64,000 nucleotides of DNA from Orbicella franksi (Eukaryota), in NCBI GenBank assembly GCA_964199315.1, contig OZ116698.1, forward strand, positions 24,924,001 through 24,988,000, in the 5' to 3' direction. Positions 36,724 through 47,100 of this stretch are shown here, in pieces. Each line of letters starts with the position of its first letter. The first letter of the stretch is position 1. The translations under genes and the position numbers were made by a program. A model generated the notes under the pieces. That model worked only from the letters and a program-made list of their open reading frames with translations. It ran no database searches and had not been told where the DNA came from.

Positions 36724-39700
36724 TATCTTGCCCGCTCGGAACTACCCGCTGTGTCCCGCAAGAAAAATTTCCCCGAAAGCCATATAATAAATTCATTATT
36801 GACCAAGCCTGTTTGGTCAAGATGGCTTGATGTTGGCCTTGTTCTTTTTTTGCGAGTTTATGAACCTCGACTACGTCTCGGTCCATGACCATGCAAAAAA
36901 AGAACTTGGCCAATATCCAGCCATCTTGACCTCACACTTGGTCAATAATCCATACGTCTTAGTCAGCATTTCTACCCATTCATATTCTGCAAGGGGAAAA
37001 GTTTAGTGCTGCAATGATACACCAATGCACCGATATTTTTGTCACGATACGAGTATCGATATTACGACAAGGTATCGCAATATTATGATATTGTGATTCT
37101 TCATGAATAAAAAAATTCAACATTCAGAAATAACTGTCTTTTATGACTCCTTACCCAGGTCTAAGCCCTTTCTGGGCAATTTATTAAACAAAGGGACCTG
37201 GGAAAGGGAAAAAAAGTTCCATCTTTGCTTTGTATTGCTTTGTGTGCTTCCAGTCGCATATCTTTCAAGATGGCGGTGCAAAAGCATGCGCAGTTCCAAT
37301 TAGTTGTCAGCTGACACAGTCTTGTGTGCCCTCGGACAAAACACATGGTTCATCCATTCATGGTTTGTTATAAATGGAAATAATGATTTCAAAACAGTTA
37401 AGTAAGAATAAGATTACATCACTGGTCAGTTGTATGTAATGATGTATTGTATCATGTATCGTATTGTGACACTTGTATCAAGATATGTAGTGCATCGTGA
37501 GAAATTGTATCGTTGCAGCCCTAGAAAGGCTCAAGCTGACTACCAAACTCTGTATAAACTGGGAGGAAGCAGGGGTGGGACCTGTGTGACTACTGCGTGT
37601 CAGTGCTGAACATTACACTCTGTACTATGTAAGATTGTCTCACCAGTTTATTGATGTTGCCCCTGCCTCAGTGTTGTGGTTGTGTAGACTTGCTGTTATG
37701 AGCATGTTTACTGACATTGTTTAGTTTGAAGCAGTTGATGATTTCCTTAGTAAAATGACAAATGGCAGAATACCCCTCCCCTTTACTCTGAAAATTTGTG
37801 CTCTGTGCATGAGTACAAGTTTTAAAATCCTTTGCACTACAAAATGTTGCTGCATCTCATTTCAATGTGCATGCAGGGAGGTGGTTGTTAAATGAACATG
37901 GTGCAGTTAGGTGTTTACAGAGACTTCAGTATACATGGTACAGTTGATATGAGTAAAGCGATCCTGTCTCCCATTCAGTATCTTATAGACCTTGAATATA
38001 AGGGTGCCTGTCCACCAGGTGGCAGTGGAAGTTCTGAAGAACCCTCAAAACCTCTAAGTGTTGGATCAATCTTGCTTATTTTGTAAGTCAGCTTGCCAGT
38101 CTGTATGTATGTACATCAGTGCAAACCCAATATTTGTGACATGATGTTCTCAGATCATATGTACTGTATTAAATATCTGCATGTACAATGAATGCACTTT
38201 GTGGAATTACCCATTTCTAAATGGTGACTTCTTTTTCATGTAATATATCAAACATTAGAGATAGCATTTCAACACATTTCCAAACACTGAGAAATACTAA
38301 TTATGCAACACTTTCAAGTGGTATACCACAGAACATCCCACAAGTCACCTGTATTTTCTTGGTATACACACAAGTCTTTAAAACTATTTTATACCATGCC
38401 ATAGAAAATACAGTGACCAACGCAATCAATGAAGTGCATGATGGGAAGGTTGAGTGTAATACTGTCAAATATAAAAGGTACAGCTAGTGTAGCAAACTCA
38501 AGGTGTTTGGGAATGTTGACGAAACGCTTGTCTACCTCAAGTTACAGATCTCTCTTCTCAATCAAAACAGTAACTAAGGAGTAAGAGGAGAAATTTTTGT
38601 TCTGATTGTATTTTAAAGATACGTTTTCAGTTTTCCGGAAAATCGTTTCTGGATGTAACATAAAAACTATTTTTATGTCCTAATTGTTCGTTTCAGGTAT
38701 TACAATCCTCTGTTAAAATATGTAAAGAAATAGTGAGAAAGGCAGCATTTAGGCAAGATTTTACTGTTAAGCAATAGAGCTCGTTTTCCTTGTTTACATA
38801 GTCTCATCTAAACACAAGGACGGTTGGGAGAATTCGAGACAGTTTGCAAGCCCAAGACGTAGTTGGGGGTTTGCATAACTTTTGAGAATTCTCCCAACCC
38901 TCCGAGTGTTTAGATGAGGCTATGTAAACACAGAAAAAGTGCTCTGTTGCTTTTATAAAATAATCCTCAAAAATGCACGAGAATCTAAAACGTCACACCG
39001 TGTTTACATACTCTTATCGAAACGCACCTATTGACAATGTGAGTGTGCGCACAGTGGCTCAGTTATTTTATAATACCCTTTTGTTGTTCTGCATCTTTTC
39101 CTTGCGTGGCAAAATTTTGAATTAAGAGCTTATTTTAAAATGTAGGTGTGGTGGCCTAATTGTTAGCATACTGGATTCCGGATTGTGTTGTCTGAATTTG
39201 AGCCCTGGCCAGGGTCATTGTGTTGTGTTCTTGGGCAAGAGAATTAAATCTCACAGTGCCTCTCTCCACCCAGGTTTTTAAATGCTGGGGAGTAAACATG
39301 AGATGGACAAGCATCTTATCCAGGGGGAGTAGAAATAATTCTAGTTGCTTCATGCTACAGAGACTGGGATACACTCTGGCTGAATGGGTCACTGTCTTGA
39401 AGCAGGCTCAACCATATTTTTTATTTGAAAATGTGCAATTATTTTTGCACACATGTATCCATATAGGGGATTTACGGGTTTTATAGGATTAATTAATTGT
39501 AACATACTACAACTGTTCTACTGTCTGGTCACTAGCAAAAATTATTATTAATCAGCAATAATTTATTAAGATTAAAGATCATGTATCCTGTGGAAATGTA
39601 TATCATCCCCTTTGAGATGTATACTCAGAAGTTTTAAATTTTCCATGTTTGCAGATTCTTTCCTGGACTATTTTTGTATTGTGTGGTTGGAGCACTGATT

Positions 39701-40624
39701 AACAGAGGGGCTGGAAAAACGGGCAAGGAGATGATACCTAATTCCAAGTTCTGGATGGAGCTCCCGGGGTTAATTTCGGTAAGGTTGCCTACTCGGTGTT
39801 GTTTTATCTGCAGCCTTGTCAGTGTTTGAAGCAGCTACTGTATGAATGAACTTGTCACATGGTATAATGGTTTATAATCAATGGGGTTTTGTCAAGTGCT
39901 GCCAGCACAATATTATGTTACAGTTTCAACTCCCCTATAAGTGATATCCTCTTTTCCAGCCATGTGTCGTATGTGGGTTTAGTTTGTTGTTGGTTCTAGG
40001 CTCGCCCTGAGGGTTTTCTCTGGGAACTCCAGTTTTCGTCCTTGAAAAAAAACCCAGCATATTCCAAATTCTAATCCAACCTGGATAATGGATGCACATG
40101 AAAACCAGTTAGGGCTTATGTGGCTTCCTCTCTAAATAGTGTGATATTTCAACTGCCTACTTAACAATTAGATTATGAGCTTGAGATTTATATCGTGCAT
40201 TGAAATTGAGAGCAAATAATCTAATTGTTTTAGTGGTATAAATGTACTAGTCATTCAAAACTTTACCTGAAGTCTCTCCACAGAGACTTCAAAAACACAA
40301 AGAAGTGGCCACAATATTTTGAACACCTGCACACTGCTAGGCTACTCACTATATGTGTCTACAACAGAATGGATAGCGAGTAGCATAGCTAAGAACAGAA
40401 TGGCATTTGTGATAGAGCCCTAGTAGATTTATACTAAAAGGTCTTTGAATTACAATACCATCTACATAGTAGTGCTTTGCTTGCCTTACAATCATTGCTT
40501 TTCATTTTACTTATCTTCTAATAATTTTTCAACATTTCCATTTCAGGATGGCTTTTCATTTGTTGTTGCTAAGATTACATGTTCTGAGATGTCCACATCA
40601 CGGGAGACTTATGATCGCATGTAA
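21525..40624 (+). CDS. Cation-dependent mannose-6-phosphate-receptor/ATG27-like type I membrane protein (~286 aa)
   Basis: Exons 21525-21631, 29048-29304, 35015-35205, 37979-38082, 39655-39778, 40547-40624; 861 nt, phases consistent. Signal peptide MADSWTSFPLFLLFVIPGVFS; Cys-containing MRH-like lumen (FYFSIC...C..NSGIC...KFRC...GACP); TM LSVGSILLILFFPGLFLYCVVGALI; tail KTGKEMIPNSKFWMELPGLISDGFSF typical of this family; ends YDRM. Confidence 0.85.
22018..24592. mobile_element. 2.6-kb foldback element with ~1.06-kb inverted arms (22018-~23078 and ~23532-24592)
   Basis: Starts GGCAAGGGTCGAAAATTCG and ends CGAATTTTCGACCCTTGCC. Arms are colinear over their whole length with scattered substitutions (roughly 93-95% by eye in segments compared). 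~450-nt unique spacer; no TSD found. Confidence 0.92.
23357..23531 (-). mobile_element. LINE 3' tail fragment inside the foldback spacer
   Basis: The minus strand reads ...CCCTCATTAAATAAAGTTACTTACTTACTTACTT: AATAAA followed by a (TTAC)n tail. Confidence 0.5.
27101..27973 (-). mobile_element. Internally deleted hAT-like DNA transposon with 5-bp TSD and transposase N-terminal remnant
   Basis: TIRs CAGGCCTGTAGCA / TGCTACGGACCTG; GACAT duplicated at 27096-27100 and 27974-27978. Minus ORF 27157-27561 contains PYQLKNFKFPAKSFRSK, resembling the start of the TTF-type zinc finger of hAT/ZMYM1-like transposases. Confidence 0.75.
29660..30615. repeat. Hairpin element with ~340-bp inverted arms (~29850-30192 / ~30261-30610) and an asymmetric CTGATTGGCT-containing tail
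   Basis: Arms are reverse complements, e.g. CAATGGCCATTCGCATGCATGAATGACC / GGTCATTCATGCATGCGAATGGCCATTG. ~70-nt spacer; outer limits approximate. Confidence 0.8.
33527..34153. mobile_element. TTAA-targeting MITE (Kolobok-like)
   Basis: TTAA|GGCGGCTC ... GAGCCGCC|TTAA. Confidence 0.8.
35343..36370. mobile_element. Tc1/pogo(Tigger)-like MITE with ~115-bp TIRs, containing a nested tRNA-like repeat
   Basis: TA|CAGTCAAACTCA ... TGAGTTTGACTG|TA; TIR similarity extends through AACCACAGAAACTG / CAGTTTCTGTGGTT. Confidence 0.85.
35503..35708 (+). mobile_element. Diverged subfamily copy of the tRNA-Thr(GGT)-like repeat (cloverleaf 35515-35587)
   Basis: GGCATGA-TA-GCTC AGTTGGTA GAGC-A-CTGCA CTGGTAT CACAG-AGGTC-ATGGG TTCAAAT CCCAT-TCAGGCC, followed by the same hairpin series as 43854-44050. 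Confidence 0.75.
36643..36950 (+). repeat. Hairpin repeat family A, near full length
   Basis: TTATTATATGGCT start, GAGCGGGCAAGATG...ATCTTGCCCGCTC hairpin, and terminal TTATTGACC...GGTCAATAA hairpin (~36796-36948). Confidence 0.75.
37004..37523. mobile_element. hAT-like MITE
   Basis: TAGTGCTGCAATGATAC / GTATCGTTGCAGCCCTA TIRs; decayed 8-bp TSD gaaaagtt / gaaaggct (6 of 8 match). Confidence 0.7.
38769..39075. repeat. Hairpin element family B, second copy
   Basis: AAGCAATAGAG...CTCTGTTGCTTTTATA with inverted TAAACAC blocks; the tail is the reverse complement of 10483-10580. Confidence 0.75.
39144..39398 (+). mobile_element. tRNA-derived SINE with CORE-like central domain
   Basis: Decayed A/B boxes (GGTGGCCTAATTG, GAATTTGAGCCC), then TTGGGCAAGA...CTCACAGTGCCTCTCTCCACCCAGG. 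Other copies at ~53500-53765 and 18350-18660. Confidence 0.6.
39955..40138 (+). mobile_element. V-domain-like SINE fragment
   Basis: GGGTTTTCTCTGGGAACTCCAGTTTTC resembles the V-SINE domain; homologous to 50465-50678 on the opposite strand. Confidence 0.55.
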
Positions 40625-41874
40625 TCATGGCTTTGCATATTCTTAGGCAGGTTTAAAATCTAGGATCACTAATTTTGAGTGGGTTTATCTTGATATGCAG
40701 TTTAGCGTGGTTTTGTACCTTGAGCAATGTCTTGAACAAAATGATAACAAGGTTTGAGCTGGCTTTTAATGATATGATTGTACAATTTACATGTATGGAA
40801 CTGAGAGATGTGAGGTGTAAGAGAAGATAGGGTTGGGTAATGAATGGTTTCCCCTCCCTGCTAACCTTCCAGTTTTCAGTCAACCAAGACTGCTTAGTAG
40901 AAAGACTAAAGAATGACTGTACAGCATTAGTCTCAATCTGAAGTAAACTATTAACAAACACCTGCAGAAAAGTGATGCACAAAGTTGCAGGTAGTTCATG
41001 TTCTCACTGATATTAGTGAAGATATTTCTTCAAATTGAGATTAACTCTGTACAGATCAGCAAGAATTTCATTAAGGGCCAGACACCAGGCAAATTGACCG
41101 GTTGTGGGGACAATTTTGCCCAGCTGGATTGACAATGTAGCAGAACGTTTTTCTTACAAAGAAGTTCAGTTCTAATAGTTTTGCTGACCTATGCAAACCA
41201 GTTGCCCTTCTGCTGAAAACGTTGATTAAACCCCGGGTGTGTCTTAAGTCGTTTTGTTCAGCAGTCTAGGTTAGCTCAAAAATGGACTGAACATGGCAAG
41301 AAATGCCTTAGCATCCATATGATTCCTGAGTCAGGGTCATAATAATGATGGCGAGGGTAAAACGCACCAATTTGAAAGGATTCCTGGAACTGTCCCAAGG
41401 ACATCTGTTCTCCATTGTAGATCTCTTATAAGATAGGATGGTTTAGTGTGTAGTAAGCAAAATAAAAACTTGACAATTGCATTTTGACTTACCCTAGAGG
41501 CAGGCCAAATTAGAACAAGTTCAACGACAAATTTCTTTAAATCTGTAGTGATACATGTAATGCTTGCTAAAATGTCTAACAAGTTGAATTTATTCTCTTT
41601 TACTGTATCGATGAGCATGCAGCATCGCTTAGTCCCTGTACAGTGTTTGTCGCAGGCCCTCGCGGTCAATTCATCACTGACCTAATCAAGATGAATGGCC
41701 AGGAAAGCCTGCACTTTTTTCATCGGACCATATGACCTGAAATGGATTGACTGCAGTAAAGTATCAAGTCTTAGGAACTAGGCAAAATGAAGCTGTAAAT
41801 GTTTTTGACATAGGGATAGGCTAAAAATTAATGTGTTATTAATTATAACATATTATTGGCATAAAAAAAAAAAA

Positions 41875-42240
41875 CACTCAAGACCGTGTTTCACCACATT
41901 ACCAAACACCTCGAAATTCGTCGAAAATACTCCGTATTTTCAACTCTCCAGGGCTGGGTTGTTCGAAAGCCGGTTAACGCTATCCCAGGATTAAAAGTTA
42001 ACCGAAGAATTCATTTTTCTTTATAGCAATGGTTTTTACTGCTAATGTTTCGTGTAGTTAGAGATTGCTCAAGCTCAAAACTGAAGGACAATCAATGTAA
42101 CCAGGAAACCTCATCGAAACGTCGCAAAACTGAAATCAAAATTCTCGCTAATCCTAGGTTAGCTTAATCGAGCTTTGAACAACCTGGTCCTGGTGTTTAG
42201 AAATGTGGTCAAACGCGGTGTTTCGTGTTTGATGTATTAC
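41875..42240. mobile_element. Hairpin repeat (ACCACATT.CCAAACACCTC family, also ~29430-29615) interrupted by a CAGGGC...CCTG MITE at 41949-42192
   Basis: Host inverted blocks CACCACATTACCAAACAC / GTGTTTAGAAATGTGGTC; insert ends CAGGGCTGGGTTGTTCGAAAGC / GCTTTGAACAACCTGGTCCTG. Confidence 0.65.
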
Positions 42241-43392
42241 CAGTATTACTTCAAATGACATTGTAAATCAACTTTGCCCCTTTACTGGCTAAATTTCCAA
42301 GCTTTTGGTCCACACCACGATTTCATATTATTTAGCTGTGTTCTCAACACGGAAATTCTTTTCTTTTGTGTACGTAGCTAACTGGGTACCAACAAATTTT
42401 GTGCGGGTGTTCCAGAGAGGAGATAAAACTGGCTGCGATTGGAAATTTATGATGGTTCTACGCTATCCTGTTGCAGGCTTTCGGATTGTGTTGCACTTGG
42501 AATTCTCGACAAAACCTATGAAGTTTGCAATTTCAACAGCAAATTCATTTTAGGGTAAAAATCTCACAACCCTTTCTTAGGCTTCAACATCTGAACGCCT
42601 GGAATAGCACCATTTAGAGAAAGCTGTGGTAAATATTTAAGAGTAAATAGTCTGATGAATGGTTTGTAATAAAATCTAACTATTACTTTAACTAGTCCTA
42701 CTTGTGGCTATCTTGTATGACAATCCCACAAAACGAAGACCCTCATATAATTGCCGAAGAGTACTCTGGATCAAAAGAGATCTGACACACCCAAAAGCAC
42801 CCATATAATTGGCTCATTGGCCTCAAATACCTCGACTTTTTGAGACTTGAAGCTTTTGAATTGATCGTAAACATAACCCCTCTCCTCTGATATCACTCAC
42901 AATGTGACCCGCCCAGTTCTGATGAAATTTTATGGAAGAAACAAGGTGTGTTATCTTTCCATACGTGGCTTCTATTTGTCTCAATTTTCTGTAGTCTGCG
43001 CCATCTGCTATGGTTCTACCTTCTAACATCGTGAATCCGCCCCTGCTGTCTTTTAAGAATCCATATTCAAGTTTACTTTCTTATCGGCTGCATTCTCTTC
43101 CATACAAAAGATGAAATGAAGGCGAGAAATATGGGTTAATATTGACCAAGGGTGAGGTCAAGTTGGCTGGATATTGGCTAAGTTCTTTTTTGCATGTTTA
43201 TGGACCAAAACGGAGTCGAGGTCTATAAGCACGCAAAAAATGAAACGAGGAGCTACTGACACAGGGAAAGTTTCTTTGGGAACCGGGTTTCAATAAGAAC
43301 CCCGCACTTCACGCACGGACTCCAGGAGATGTTTTGTGATATTCTACACAACGTCATACATGACTAGAGCGGAGCCCGCGAACGTTTTCAAG

Positions 43393-43892
43393 ATGGCGAC
43401 CAAGGAAGTGAAGACTTCCCTGAAAAATGCACGAGAGTGCATCAAAAACAAGGATTATAAGGAAGCTCTTAAACACTGCAAGGTACATTAATTAATTGAT
43501 TAATTAATTAACTTCTCTTACCTTTGGAGCTTTAGCTTTTTTAACCCACTTTTCACGAAAATTTCCTTTGGTATAAAACAGTCTGAGAGCCTCAGAGATT
43601 CTGAGCTTTGTGAAATAAGCAGAACTTCACATTTTCTTCGTTTGCGAAGAATCTGTCTTTCAGACTTTACTTTGCATGCGCTTTTAATCAGGGCCAATTT
43701 CTAAGTCCTGACATTTTGAGGTATTGTTGTTCGGGTAGATTTTGGAAGAAAACAACTAGTGTCCAGTTTTCCCTCAAGAGAAAGGGAAAAGAAAGTGAAG
43801 AATGATCATTGCAGTTAATTTTCCAATTTAAGCAATTGGAAAGAAGAATGTGTGGCTTCATAGCTCAGTTGGTAGAGCATCGCACCGGTATT

Positions 43893-43926
<34 letters not shown>

Positions 43927-44144
43927 TGATTTTTTTCAGGCTTCTTCTTTCCAATTGCTTAAATTGGAAAATTAACTGCGATGATCATTCTTCACTTTCA
44001 TCTATAACCGCAGTTCATATATGAACTATTTCATATAAACTTCACATCATTTCACTCCTCACGGGAAGATATGAACTCAACTAATTGACCTCGCTCCCAA
44101 TGTGTGGCTTCATAGCTCAGTTGGTAGAGCATTGCACCGGTATC

Positions 44145-44178
<34 letters not shown>

Positions 44179-47100
44179 TGATTTTTTTCAGGCTTCTTCT
44201 TTCCAATTGCTTAAATTGGAAAATTAACTGCGATGATCATTCTTCACTTTCATCTATAACCGCAGTTCATATATGAACTATTTCATATAAACTTCACATC
44301 AGAAAGGGAAAAAATCTTGAAAAGAGTTTTAAAAGTTGGGCTCATTCACCCCATCTCAAGACTTTACTAAGCCACCTTAATTTCTGATATAAATCAGGAC
44401 AAATAAATATTTTTAATCTCTCATCAAGAATCATACATTGTGACCTACATGTAGTAGGCTTACTATTGTTACCATTAAAAAGCATAATGGACTTTCTTGT
44501 TTTAAGGCACATTATATATCCTCAAGTTTGATTTTCAGGACTATTCAATTATGCATGCTCCAAATTATAAGGTTTTTACATTGAGGTCTTGTCACTGCAC
44601 TTGTAGGCTGTGTTGAAGGCAGATAAAACCAATTACACTGCCTTGGTGTTCTTTGGGAAATGTGCATCAGAGTTGAACCAACCTGACCAGGCTTATATGG
44701 CTTACAAGAAAGCAATTGAATCTGACGAGACACAGCTTCTTGCTTGGCAGGTGAGGAAACTCCATAAACTACTTTTATTAGTAATATACATTATTTCACT
44801 CATTTAAAGGAGAAGGTCACTCCAAAATAAATTATAAACCTTGCACTAAGTCTAGGCACTCACCGAAGTTTCAGCCTCTAAAGTGCAGGTTTTCCTTATG
44901 AAATTTGTCTCCAAAGAAGCTCAAAATTTGACATCATTTCCACCATTTTGAACAGTACTCAGCAGCCAGGCATCGTTTTTGTGATGTCATTTCCTCCAAG
45001 AAATTTTGTTCATGGTTTCTGACAAGCCTTTTAACTACCACGCTATGTTATGGCTGATCTTGAGCCATATTATTTCAAGCCAAATGTGTTCCAAACCCTG
45101 AAAATAGTGAAATGGATAGTCAGTTGGAAAAATACATTTTGCTGACCTTGTGAGGGATGCCAAGTCAGTTGCAGATTTTTCTGCTTCCTATCAATTTTGA
45201 GTTGGATGGAGTGATCACATACATTTAACCACAGCCTGGCTGCTAAGTACAGTTTCAAAATGGTGGCGTCCAAAGTCAAATTTTGGGCTTCTTTCAAGAC
45301 GAATTTCTTCAGGATAACAGGTACTTTAGAGGCTGAAACTCTGGTGAGTGGAAAAAGCAAATGTTTACTTGCTATAGGTGGTGATAAAAAGGTAAGCTTT
45401 TTGGAGTGACCCTCTCCCATATAAGAAAAAAAGGATAAATTACACTGTAAATTCCAAGGCAGCTTTTAATGTCAACTGTGTCTAGTAACTACGCTTAATT
45501 AGTAGAGTGCAAAATAATAGTCCCACAGACTGAAGAGTAGCTGCTAGTGGATGAGTGATAAAAAATTAAAGTTGCTGCCAAAACGTTTCTTTTACCCACC
45601 ATCTTGTTTGTGGTGCATAGTGACTGCTTAAAAGATAGCTTACTGGCTATCTTGTTTAGATGAGTTACATGTAAATGCGAGCTATGTTTTAACCCTTCTA
45701 GCGGGGTAACATGACAAGCCCGGGCACCCTGCTTTCATGTAAACAGGATGTTAATGACAGTACTGGTAGACAGCATGTGTTGAAGTGAGAAAGGTGTACA
45801 CGATGCTTGTTGTTGGTTGTCACCTTTGTTTGAGGATTTTCATTAGGTTTTTCTCTTCTAAATTCCTGTTTGCCCCGCATAGAGGACCCACTTGAAAAGC
45901 AGCTAGTGCAAATGCAGCTTCCTCTTGAAATGTCGTTAGTAATTGATTTTTAAATTATTTATTTTTTACTAAGCCCATCATCAAGCACATGCTACATGTG
46001 GACAACATTCGTTGCAGTATGCTGGTACAGTTAGGTACAGGTCATGGTACTCAGTCATGGTACTCAGTCATGACTTATTAAGTCTGAATGGTACTATAGT
46101 TGCAGCCTATTTGCTTTGCTTCAATTGCCATACTTTTTCAGGGTCTTGCTGCCCTCTCTGAGAAAGAAGACAACCCTCAATTAAATGCTGAACTTCCTGA
46201 AGTTTACACCAAGTTACTGCACATGTATGAGAGGTACAATGTCCATATCTACTGCATGTTTGCTTTTTTATTTCCATGCATTTTATGTGAAAGAAGATGA
46301 GATAGGAAGTCAGTTAGTCTAGAGCTCTTTGTTTTGTCTTTCCTTTATCATTTTATTCCATTAATTAAAGTTGAGCCTTTCACCATGGCTACTTTTGTCT
46401 CGCAAATCCAAAATGTTTTTTAGCAACTTAATAGTTAACTAAAGACCATTGTGGATTTGCGAGACAAATTTGAAGAATTCTGATGACTTTTGGACCTTGA
46501 TTCTTGACACTGTTTAAGTGTGCAGTCAGAGTAATTTATTTAATTCCAGATACATGTGCAGAAAGTTGACAGAATGTATTCAAGGCACTGCTGCACTGAG
46601 CATTATTTCTTGCAACTTGTCTTGTGAATTTGTTGCCACAAAAGTTGCATGAAAAATTGCCCAGTATGATAGATCCCCATAAATAAACATGCCTCAAAAT
46701 GTTTTCTTTGCATTATGTGTTGCATGAAACTTACTTGTGGAATCAGTTTCTACTTTTTGCAGTGATTACTGCAATGAAAACAGTGTGAGACATGATCATT
46801 TCAGGGGTGTTACATTAGGCAATGCCATGAGCAACTTTTCATGCATAGGTGCAACAAAACTAAACTGATTATTGTAACTGTGCCTTCACTGTACATACAG
46901 TAGAACCCCGGTAACTCAAACTCCCCCGCTAACTCGAACTGAGTCTCAATTCCCTTGGATTTGACCCAACTTTTCAGTCATTTCTACTTGGTTAACTCGA
47001 ACTTGGATAACTTGAAAACGCCGCTAACTCATTTCCCTTGATCAAAATTTACCCCACCGATAACTTGAATTTCTGGTTCTTATGACTCGCCACGGATGCC

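Larger units (their letters stand above)
43791..44300 (+). mobile_element. Retroposed tandem tRNA-like repeat (252-bp period) with inverted 5' segment and 12-bp TSD; Penelope-like insertion geometry
   Basis: TSD AGAAAGGGAAAA at 43779-43790 and 44301-44312. 43791-43847 is the reverse complement of 43943-43999 (1 mismatch). Units start at 43848 and 44100. Confidence 0.85.

Noticed and set aside
37892-37978. ORF start MNMVQLGVYRDF...
   Set aside because: The acceptor ctcccattcag at 37978 gives a better phase-0 join (EFLT|YLIDLEY); the upstream part is likely intron.
41337-41669. 110-aa minus-strand ORF between the receptor gene and SKIC3
   Set aside because: No recognisable motif, no supporting splice structure, composition like random AT-rich ORFs.
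43970-44020. TAA-CTGCG...CGCAG resembling twister P2
   Set aside because: The conserved twister loop (GGU...AAGCC) and pseudoknot partners are absent.
43809-44276. Two near-identical ORFs [11 protein letters not shown](R/C)[15 protein letters not shown]...
   Set aside because: They are translations of the tRNA-like repeat unit inside an intron, not proteins.
43848-44300. Direct repeats as a CRISPR-like array
   Set aside because: Eukaryotic intron, 252-nt period, no unique spacers, no cas genes.
46041-46073. Short 13-bp tandem (GTCATGGTACTCA) and similar 2-3-copy repeats at ~20062 and ~58320
   Set aside because: Ordinary slippage duplications.
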